DNA of 64,000 nucleotides. Source: Faecousia sp. (GTDB lineage Bacteria; Bacillota; Clostridia; Oscillospirales; Oscillospiraceae). The DNA is taken from NCBI GenBank assembly GCA_034113565.1, contig JAXEXE010000031.1, positions 14,885-78,884 on the forward strand, written 5' to 3'. Positions 57,065 through 64,000 of the stretch are shown in pieces; position 1 is the first letter of the stretch, and each line of letters opens with the position of its first letter. Position numbers and translations under genes: made by a program. The notes beneath the pieces are model-generated. The model saw only the letters and a list, made by a program, of their open reading frames with translations. It was not told the origin of the DNA and ran no database searches.

Positions 57065-57925
57065 CTACCTGTTGAATTTTGAGCTTACCACATCGTAAAA
57101 ACTGCGGTCCTTCAGCCGGACCAGCCGAGTTTCCAGATGGGATTTCTTGATGGTCGCCACATCGCCCATATTCATCCGAATCGCCCTGCCGCCGTCCACG
57201 GACAGGTAGGCATTGCGCCGGGCGTTCAGAATCTGTTCCACGCTGACAATGCGCTTATCCGACGCCACGATACAGCGGCTTCCGATCTCATGGGCGCAGA
57301 TCGGCGTAATGATGATATTTTTCGCCTCCGGCTCCACAATGGGGCCGCCGGCGGAATAGCTGTAGGCCGTGGAACCGGTGGGCGTGGAAATAATTACGCC
57401 GTCGCCGCCGAACTCCATGGCTTTCACGCCGTCGCATTTGACGCACAGGTGTACAATGCGGGCAACCGCGCCCTTCGTGACCACCACGTCATTCAGACAG
57501 ATGTCGTGGAACAGAATGTCCCGGTCCCGCTGAACGGTCACGTCCAGCATCATGCGGCTGTCAAGGGAATACTCCCCCCGGGCCACCTGCGTCAGCTTAT
57601 CCAGTTCCGTGCTCTCCAGCTCCGCCATAAAGCCCATGGTTCCGATATTGACCCCCAGAATGGGGATGCCCTTCCGGGTCGCCGCCTTCGCCATGTGCAG
57701 AATGGTGCCGTCGCCGCCGAAGCAGATCACCATTTCCGCGTTGGGCAGCTCCCGGTCCAGCCGGGAAAAGCGCAGATCCTTGGGCAGCTCGTAGGAACGC
57801 TCCACCTCAAAGGGCAGGCACAGGCGGGTGCTGATGCCCGCGTCCTTCAAAATGCGCATGGCTTCCCGCACCGTCTGGAAATTCTTGTCCCGGTAGGGAT
57901 TGGGAGTAAGGATCACATTTTTCAC
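57065..57925 (-). CDS. nadK: NAD+ kinase
   Basis: GGDGTIL, GVNIGTMGF, LND, GDGVIISTPTGSTAYSYSAGGP. Confidence 0.95.
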   Translation of the reverse strand: MKNVILTPNPYRDKNFQTVREAMRILKDAGISTRLCLPFEVERSYELPKDLRFSRLDRELPNAEMVICFGGDGTILHMAKAATRKGIPILGVNIGTMGFMAELESTELDKLTQVARGEYSLDSRMMLDVTVQRDRDILFHDICLNDVVVTKGAVARIVHLCVKCDGVKAMEFGGDGVIISTPTGSTAYSYSAGGPIVEPEAKNIIITPICAHEIGSRCIVASDKRIVSVEQILNARRNAYLSVDGGRAIRMNMGDVATIKKSHLETRLVRLKDRSFYDVVSSKFNR

Positions 57926-57928
57926 CGG

Positions 57929-58738
57929 TTACTCCCCCTTATCCAGCGCGGCATGGGCCTGTTCCACCACGTCCGCGGTGTCAGGGCAGATGCCCTCTGC
58001 CGCATCCAGGCTCAGGTGCGCCAAAAATTCAATGTTGCCCTCCGGCCCCTTGACGGGGGAGAAGGTCAGGCCGAGGATTTGAAATTGCAGCTCTCTGGCG
58101 AGCGCCACGAAATTGTCCAGCACGTCCTTATGGGTACTTTTTTCCCGGACGACGCCTTTTTTCCCCACTTTTTCCTTGCCCGCCTCAAACTGGGGCTTAA
58201 TCAGGCACAAAACCTGACCTGTGGGCTTCAACAGGGCCTTGATGGCAGGCAGCACGATTTTCAGGGAAATAAAGCTGACATCAATGACGGACAAGTCCAG
58301 CGGCTCCCCCAGCTGCTCCGGGGTGACGTAACGGATATTCGTCCGCTCCATGACCACCACCCGGGGGTCGCTGCGAATCTTCCAGTCCAGCTGACCGTAG
58401 CCCACGTCAATGGCAAAGACTTTTTTCGCGCCCTGCTGAAGAAGACAATCCGTAAAGCCGCCGGTGGACGCGCCGGAATCGCTGCACACATAGCCCACCG
58501 GCTTCACGCCGAAATCCCGCAGTGCCTTTTCCAGTTTCAGGCCGCCCCGGCTGACGTAGGGACAGACCGCCCCCCGAACCTCCAGCTCCACAGTTTCCTC
58601 ATAAGCCACACCGGGCTTATCCGCCTTCTGTCCGTTCACATAGACCAGACCGCTCATGATGATGGCCTGGGCCTTGGAACGGGTGTCCGCGTAGCCCTGC
58701 TCGGTGAGCAGGACATCCAGTCTCTTTTTTACCTTCAC
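57929..58738 (-). CDS. tlyA: TlyA family rRNA methyltransferase
   Basis: S4 domain RLDVLL, YVSRGGLKL, GASTGGFTD, IDVSFISL, LIKPQFEA. Confidence 0.93.
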   Translation of the reverse strand: MKVKKRLDVLLTEQGYADTRSKAQAIIMSGLVYVNGQKADKPGVAYEETVELEVRGAVCPYVSRGGLKLEKALRDFGVKPVGYVCSDSGASTGGFTDCLLQQGAKKVFAIDVGYGQLDWKIRSDPRVVVMERTNIRYVTPEQLGEPLDLSVIDVSFISLKIVLPAIKALLKPTGQVLCLIKPQFEAGKEKVGKKGVVREKSTHKDVLDNFVALARELQFQILGLTFSPVKGPEGNIEFLAHLSLDAAEGICPDTADVVEQAHAALDKGE

Positions 58739-60606
58739 CGGGCAAGCACCTCCCTGACATGCGCGGCAATGGATGCGGCATCCAGCCCGCAGCGCTCATA
58801 CAGTTCCTTCAAAGAACCGTGGGGCACAAAATCCCGTCCCAGATCGATGCCGTCTGCCCGGCAGTTCGGGCACAGCTTCGCCAGATCCCAGGCCACAGCC
58901 TCACGAATGCCGGAGCCAGCCGCCGTTTCTTCCACGACAACCGCATGGCTGATCGACTGTAAGTAGGCAGCAACCTGCATTGATGGCAGGGGGCAGACGC
59001 TCAAAAGCCGCAAAACCGTGGCTTCAATCCCCTGTTTTGCCAGTTCTTCCGCCGCGTCCAGAACTGTTTGCAGCGTAGAACCATAGGTAATCAGCGCCAC
59101 ATCGCCGCCGGTGCGGTGGCATTTTACCATCGGGCCTTCCAGTCCCTTCCAATCACAGGCGGTATAGCTGCCCTCAGAGCCTCTGGGGTAGCGGATGGCG
59201 ATGGGGCCATCATAATCCTCCACCGCCCAGCGAAGCATCTGCCGCTGCTCAGACAGACTCGCCGGATTCAAAATCCGCATTCCCGGAATCAGGCGCAGGA
59301 AGCCCACATCAAATACGCCGTGATGCGTGGGGCCGTCGTCGCCCACCAGACCGGCCCGGTCAATGGCCAGCACAACGTGCAGATGCAGCAGCCCGATGTC
59401 CTGCAGGATCTGGTCAAACCCCCGCTGGAGGAAGGTGGAGTAAATCGCCACCACCGGCACCATTCCCTGCTTGGCAAGTCCGCCAGCCATGGACACAGCG
59501 TGTTCCTCCGCGATGCCTACGTCGAAGGTTCGATTTGGGAACCGGTTCTGGAATTCCAGCAGGCCGGTGCCGCCGGGCATCGCCGCGGTAATGGCGCAGA
59601 CCTTTTCGTTGTTCTCCGCCAGCAAAATCATGGTTTCTCCAAAGGAATCGGAGTAAGTCGTAACCTTGGCCCCCAGCTTTTTGCCGGTCACGGGGTCAAA
59701 TTTGCCGATACCGTGGAATTTGGCGGGGTCCGCCTCCGCGAAGGGATAGCCCTTGCCCTTTTTCGTCACCACATGAACCACTACCGGCTCCCGCAGTTCC
59801 TTTGCCGCCGTAAGCAGAGAAATGAGATTGGGCAGGTCGTGCCCGTCCGCCGGCCCCAGATAGGTAAAGCCCATGTTTTCAAAAATCGTAGCGGGCAGCA
59901 GCAGCCGCTTCAGCTTATTTTTGATATGGCTGCTGAAAGCGTAGATTCTGTCGCCGCCGGGAAGGGCCTTCACCACCTTGCGGTAGGTCCGCTTGGCGTC
60001 CAGATAATTGTCACTGGAGCGCAGCCGGGACAGGTGGCTGGACAGGCCGCCCACATTTCTGCCAATGGACATTTTATTGTCGTTGACAATGATGACCATG
60101 GGTTCGCCGCTGACGGCGGCATCGTTCAGACCCTCGTAGGCCATGCCGCCGGTGAGGGCGCCGTCGCCGATCACGGCAACCACATCATAATTCTCATGCA
60201 GCAGCGTTCTTGCCCGGGCCATGCCCAGTGCGATAGACACAGAGCTGGAAGCGTGGCCCGCGACAAAAGCGTCTGTGCCGCTCTCCTCCGGCTTGGGGAA
60301 GCCGGAAATACCGCCATACTGCCGAAGATGCGCAAAGCCCGCCCCGCGGCCTGTCAGCAGCTTATGCACATAAGACTGGTGACCGACGTCGAATATCAGG
60401 CGGTCAGTATTCGTATCAAATACGGTTTCGATGGCGACGCTCAGTTCCACCACGCCTAAGTTCCCTGCCAGGTGTCCGCCGGTTTTGGCGACACTGGAAA
60501 TGAGGAACTGACGAATCTCGTCACAAAGCTGGCTGCGCTGACCGTCATCCAGGTTCACAAGATCCTCATGACCGTTTATTCTCTGTAAAATGTCCACATC
60601 TGACAC
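58735..60606 (-). CDS. dxs: 1-deoxy-D-xylulose-5-phosphate synthase
   Basis: GGHLAGNLG, DVGHQSY, GHASSS, IGDGALTGGMAYE, DVGIAEEHA, GDDGPTHHG. Confidence 0.96.
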   Translation of the reverse strand: MSDVDILQRINGHEDLVNLDDGQRSQLCDEIRQFLISSVAKTGGHLAGNLGVVELSVAIETVFDTNTDRLIFDVGHQSYVHKLLTGRGAGFAHLRQYGGISGFPKPEESGTDAFVAGHASSSVSIALGMARARTLLHENYDVVAVIGDGALTGGMAYEGLNDAAVSGEPMVIIVNDNKMSIGRNVGGLSSHLSRLRSSDNYLDAKRTYRKVVKALPGGDRIYAFSSHIKNKLKRLLLPATIFENMGFTYLGPADGHDLPNLISLLTAAKELREPVVVHVVTKKGKGYPFAEADPAKFHGIGKFDPVTGKKLGAKVTTYSDSFGETMILLAENNEKVCAITAAMPGGTGLLEFQNRFPNRTFDVGIAEEHAVSMAGGLAKQGMVPVVAIYSTFLQRGFDQILQDIGLLHLHVVLAIDRAGLVGDDGPTHHGVFDVGFLRLIPGMRILNPASLSEQRQMLRWAVEDYDGPIAIRYPRGSEGSYTACDWKGLEGPMVKCHRTGGDVALITYGSTLQTVLDAAEELAKQGIEATVLRLLSVCPLPSMQVAAYLQSISHAVVVEETAAGSGIREAVAWDLAKLCPNCRADGIDLGRDFVPHGSLKELYERCGLDAASIAAHVREVLAR

Positions 60607-60609
60607 GAC

Positions 60610-61191
60610 CTAACGTATTGATTTCTTTTTTTTGAACCGGTTCAGCGTATGCAGAACCCGGCCCACCAAATGCACGATCTGCGTGCAGGAATTGACCGCG
60701 ATGGTCTTGCCGATGGCCTTTCCGCCCACCGTCAGTCCCGCCACCAGAGCGGACATTGCCAGACTCACCGCCCGGGGCCAGCCAAGGTCCACATGGGTCA
60801 GAATCAAGGCAGCGATGGTTGCCGAGGCGCTGCCGGAAACCACGCCGCAGATATCGCCCACCACGTCATTGCAGATGGAGCTGACCCGCTCCGCGTTGCG
60901 CAGCAGCCGAATGGCCTCCTGAGCGCCGGGCACCTTCCGGGCCGCCATGGAGTGAAAGGGCTTTTCGCTGGCGGTTGCCACCGCCATGCCGATAATGTCG
61001 AAGATGATTCCTAAAAAAACGATGCCCAGCAGAATCGCGAACGCTGCCAAAAGTCCGCTGCGCGCCATGACCTCATCGGAGATCAGGCTAATCATGCCGG
61101 AAACAACTAAGGTGACGAAGAATACGGTGACGACCCAGCGGATCGTCCGGGAACGTTCCTTTTTGGAAGCGTCCGAATGGGTTTTTGCCAC
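60610..61191 (-). CDS. oapA: OLE-associated protein A (membrane protein)
   Basis: GIIFDIIG.A..A.EKPFHSMA, RNAE.V..ICNDVVGDICG.VSG match OapA as recalled. Lies directly downstream of the OLE-like RNA and upstream of dxs. GTG start with RBS AAAGGAG. Confidence 0.85.
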   Translation of the reverse strand: MAKTHSDASKKERSRTIRWVVTVFFVTLVVSGMISLISDEVMARSGLLAAFAILLGIVFLGIIFDIIGMAVATASEKPFHSMAARKVPGAQEAIRLLRNAERVSSICNDVVGDICGVVSGSASATIAALILTHVDLGWPRAVSLAMSALVAGLTVGGKAIGKTIAVNSCTQIVHLVGRVLHTLNRFKKKKSIR

Positions 61192-61223
61192 GAACAATTC
61201 TCCTTTTGAGAATAATAAAAGGT

Positions 61224-61836
61224 GACGGCAGCAGGCAGGATAAATCTTACGGCTTAGGTCGGGTTGTTTTTCACCGGTGGGAACCTGCCGTTGCCGCACA
61301 GGCCGTTTCCATTTGATCCCTCCGCCCAAGTGTCGCCATGATAATGGGTACCCGATTGCCACTGAGTCCGTACTGCAATCCCCTGCCTGCCCTTTTCAGA
61401 CAGCCTAGGTGTTTTCCACAGCGGAATGTTCCGCAATCTTAGCCTCTTTTGCAAGCATGGTTTCCGGGAGCGATAGTCGAGCCGCCGTGGCCACAGCGGC
61501 ATCCGGCCTGGTCTCCCTTCCCCGCATGTTCACTTCAAGGCAGGCTACGCTGCACGCAGCACACGATTCTGTGCACCGCCTTGCAGGTTCATACCTGATT
61601 CGTACGCGATCGGACCCCTCCCGGGGCTCTACCCGTCGTCGCACAAGGTTCAAGTCTCCACGGAAACCGGGTCGTATGCTCCATGCCATTGGAGCGCGCC
61701 CTGGATCCTTAACCCCCAGCATCCACCCAAAACTGGGCGTAATAAGCAGACACCAGGGACTTCATCGATGTGCCCTTCAAAGGATTTTTAGGCCCTTCCT
61801 GGAAAGCGGTCACTCCGACTAGGATACTGCACCGTC
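61224..61836 (-). ncRNA. ole: OLE (ornate, large, extremophilic) RNA
   Basis: ~613 nt with no credible ORF. The 5' and 3' ends pair (gacg-gcagta/tgctgc-cgtc), many internal hairpins are present, and the ole-oapA-dxs-tlyA-nadK-argR-recN order is canonical. Confidence 0.87.
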
Positions 61837-61843
61837 AAATTTT

Positions 61844-61872
61844 ATTTTAGCATACTATTTCCGAATATACAA
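61844..61872 (-). promoter_or_regulatory. SigA promoter of ole
   Basis: TTGTAT-N17-TAAAAT with an extended TG, predicting a start near 61837, at the 5' arm of the closing stem. Confidence 0.75.
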
Positions 61873-61897
61873 GTATTTATTTACTATTTGTATATTC

Positions 61898-62377
61898 TTA
61901 CAGCAAATCCAGATGGTTTACAAACCAGTCCTCTACAATGTCCCGGTGAGTTACGGCAATTTCGATGTTCGGGATTTCCTCCCGGGTGAAAAAGCGCAGC
62001 TCCTTGGACTCGCTGCTGATGCGCATTTGCGGCACTTCCGGCAGGTCAAGGCCGTAGACCACAATCACCATGCGCCAAATGCTGCCATCCCGGAAGGCGG
62101 CGATGCGGCCCGGGTTGTCGTACACAGCCAGCTTGTGAAACCGCTCTTTGGGAATCCGCAGGCCCAGCTCTTCGTAGGTTTCCCGGACAATGGCTTCCAG
62201 ACCGGTTTCCGTTTTTTTACAGCCGCCGCCGATGAGTCCCCAGATGTCGGAGTCCCGGCGCTTTTCCAGCAGCAGCTTTCCCTGACAGGTAATGATGGCG
62301 TTGGCGCCCAGGTGGGCGGGCATGGTGGTTTTCGGCGCGTCCTTGGGGTCGCAGTTATAAAATGTTACGATTGCCAT
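61898..62377 (-). CDS. NUDIX hydrolase
   Basis: Nudix box GGGCKKTETGLEAIVRETYEELG. RBS GGGAGG. Confidence 0.88.
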   Translation of the reverse strand: MAIVTFYNCDPKDAPKTTMPAHLGANAIITCQGKLLLEKRRDSDIWGLIGGGCKKTETGLEAIVRETYEELGLRIPKERFHKLAVYDNPGRIAAFRDGSIWRMVIVVYGLDLPEVPQMRISSESKELRFFTREEIPNIEIAVTHRDIVEDWFVNHLDLL

Positions 62378-62402
62378 ATGGATTCCTCCCATTGCGTGAA
62401 AT

Positions 62403-62503
62403 AATGCGAAATGCAGATGGTATATCCCTCAGAAACAGAGAATCGTATATTTCAATTTGTCCGCAAAGCGGACACCACAATTTTTCATTTTGCATTCTGC
62501 ATT
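62403..62503. repeat. ~100-bp palindromic element with 7-nt periodic arms
   Basis: Left arm aatgcga-aatgcag-atgg, right arm cca-caatttt-tcatttt-gcattct-gcatt, internal hairpin tgtccgc-aaa-gcggaca. Confidence 0.5.
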
Positions 62504-62539
62504 GTATTATACTACACCAGATTTTCGCACTTTTCCACC

Positions 62540-63817
62540 CTAAAATTCCTTCGGTACAGGTTTTGTGACACCAGTTCTGCGCTCCTTGCTCAGGCCGCCG
62601 GCCATATGGGGTTCGGTTCCACCCGCAAACTTCGCCCGGCGGATGATGTCCTCGCCGTATTTATCCCGGAGGGCATCCACGGTTTCGTCCAGCCGGAGTT
62701 TTCGCTCAAACTGCACCGGGCTGAGTCCGGAGAAAAAGTCGAATTGCTGGTATGGCTCCCCGGACAGGCGGGTGATCTGCACGCCCAGCTGCCGCATTGG
62801 GGTGATGCCGTCCCACGCTTCATCGAACAATCGGCAGGCGGCTTCAAAAATCTCGGAAGTGATATTTGTGGCCCCGTGGAGCACGCACTGGTGGGAAAAA
62901 TGGCGGAATTCGTTGGTGCGCAGATGGATGCTGACACAGCTGCCGCACTTTCCATCCTTACGCAGGCGGGTCGCCACGGTTTCGCACAGACTCAGCAGTA
63001 CCTGATAGGCTTCCTCGCTGGTCACCACATCGTGAGAAGTGGTAGTGGCGTTGCCGTAGCCCTTGTTCTCCGCCGGTTCCGGTGTCACCGCGTCGGCGTT
63101 GCGGCCATTGGCAAAGTGCCACAATAGCTCCCCCTGCTTGCCCAGCCGCTTTTTCAGAACCCGCACATCTGCCGCCGCCAGCGCACCGATGGTGTAGATT
63201 CCCAGCCTTTGCAGCTTCCGCTCCGTTGCCGCGCCTACGAGAAACAGATCCCGCACGGGAAGTGGGAAGAATTTTTCCCCCATTTCCTCCGGGAACAGGG
63301 TGTGCACCTTATTGGGCTTTTCAAAGTCCCCCGCCATTTTTGCCAGCAGCTTATTGGAGGAAATGCCAATATTCACGGTAAAGCCCAGTTCTTCGTTAAT
63401 TCTGCGCCGCATCAGCTCTGCCGCCAGTCTCGGCGGCCCCCAGAGCCGCTGGGTGCCCGTCATGTCCACCCAGGCCTCGTCAATGGAATACTGCTCCACC
63501 GCCGGGCTGAACTGCCTGAGCATATCCACAAAATGCCGGGAAGCCTGCACATATAAATCATAGTCCGGTGGAATCACCACCAGCTCCGGGCACTTTTCCA
63601 GCGCCTGAAACAGAGGCTCTCCCGTCTGGATGCCGTATTTTTTCGCCGGAATGGATTTGGCCAGAATAATGCTGTGCCGGGAGGCCTTGTCCCCCGCCAC
63701 AACGGAAGGCACCTCCCGCAGGTCAGTCTCCTCCCCCAGCACCTTCACCCGATAGGCAGCGCTCCAGCTTAAAAACGCCGAGTTGGCGTCCACATGAAAA
63801 ATTACCCGCTCCGCCAT
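62540..63817 (-). CDS. dinB: Y-family DNA polymerase (DinB/UmuC type)
   Basis: FHVDANSAF, YSIDEAWVD, IGISSNKLLAKMA, LFLVGAAT, little-finger C-terminus. Confidence 0.92.
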   Translation of the reverse strand: MAERVIFHVDANSAFLSWSAAYRVKVLGEETDLREVPSVVAGDKASRHSIILAKSIPAKKYGIQTGEPLFQALEKCPELVVIPPDYDLYVQASRHFVDMLRQFSPAVEQYSIDEAWVDMTGTQRLWGPPRLAAELMRRRINEELGFTVNIGISSNKLLAKMAGDFEKPNKVHTLFPEEMGEKFFPLPVRDLFLVGAATERKLQRLGIYTIGALAAADVRVLKKRLGKQGELLWHFANGRNADAVTPEPAENKGYGNATTTSHDVVTSEEAYQVLLSLCETVATRLRKDGKCGSCVSIHLRTNEFRHFSHQCVLHGATNITSEIFEAACRLFDEAWDGITPMRQLGVQITRLSGEPYQQFDFFSGLSPVQFERKLRLDETVDALRDKYGEDIIRRAKFAGGTEPHMAGGLSKERRTGVTKPVPKEF

Positions 63818-63818
63818 G

Positions 63819-64000
63819 TCAGCACACCTTCCGCTGTAGGCTCCAGGTATGGGTGCGGATGGTATACTTCAGTTCAAACAGCCACCGCTTCTGACGAACC
63901 GTAGCACGGCAGAGGTAGACTGTGGCCTCAATACCCACATACTGCACCTGACGAACATTCACAATTTCCTCGATATCCACCCGCATGAGCTGGTGTTCTT
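63819..64000 (-). CDS. Small protein upstream of dinB (5'-truncated by the window end)
   Basis: Open frame EHQLMRVDIEEIV...LFELKYTIRTHTWSLQRKVC, with its stop 1 nt from the dinB ATG. Confidence 0.6.
   Translation of the reverse strand, partial: EHQLMRVDIEEIVNVRQVQYVGIEATVYLCRATVRQKRWLFELKYTIRTHTWSLQRKVC

Noticed and set aside
4919-60459. Long antisense ORFs opposite pheT, addAB, the kinase-like gene, hem genes, tyrS and dxs
   Set aside because: These are shadow frames expected from GC-biased codon usage opposite well-supported genes.
61405-61822. ORFs 61405-61722 (-) and 61409-61822 (+), and the N-terminal extension of oapA to 61362
   Set aside because: They lie within the OLE RNA, lack an RBS and show no protein-family signal.

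Overview
A 64-kb stretch of core chromosome from a fairly GC-rich, spore-forming Clostridia member. An Oscillospiraceae-like lineage is inferred from gene content and style, not verified. No prophage, IS element or CRISPR array was seen. Protein genes: gltX (5'-truncated), an orphan mazF, T-box-controlled pheST, reoM/ireB, an SH3-NlpC/P60 hydrolase, spoVAD-spoVAE, addAB, spoIIR, ispE, a divergent pair of single-pass membrane proteins (one a predicted pseudokinase), a Zn-phospholipase-C-like gene with vanZ, pcrA, a complete shikimate/Phe/Tyr operon, an FtsX-type ABC exporter, D-LDH, a B12-riboswitch-controlled tetrapyrrole operon with fused genes, dapA, T-box-controlled tyrS, oapA-dxs-tlyA-nadK-argR-recN, a NUDIX gene and dinB. 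The best signals lie in DNA the ORF track misses: (1) a complete trp-style attenuator ahead of the aro operon, whose 22-aa leader peptide carries FFYRYYYFF; (2) a ~613-nt OLE RNA directly upstream of oapA; (3) a 36-aa peptide that is 83% Asn/Gln, behind the spoVA genes; (4) a ~170-nt rod-shaped, 6S-like RNA with its own promoter. All calls come from manual motif reading and base-pair inspection; no database searches were run.
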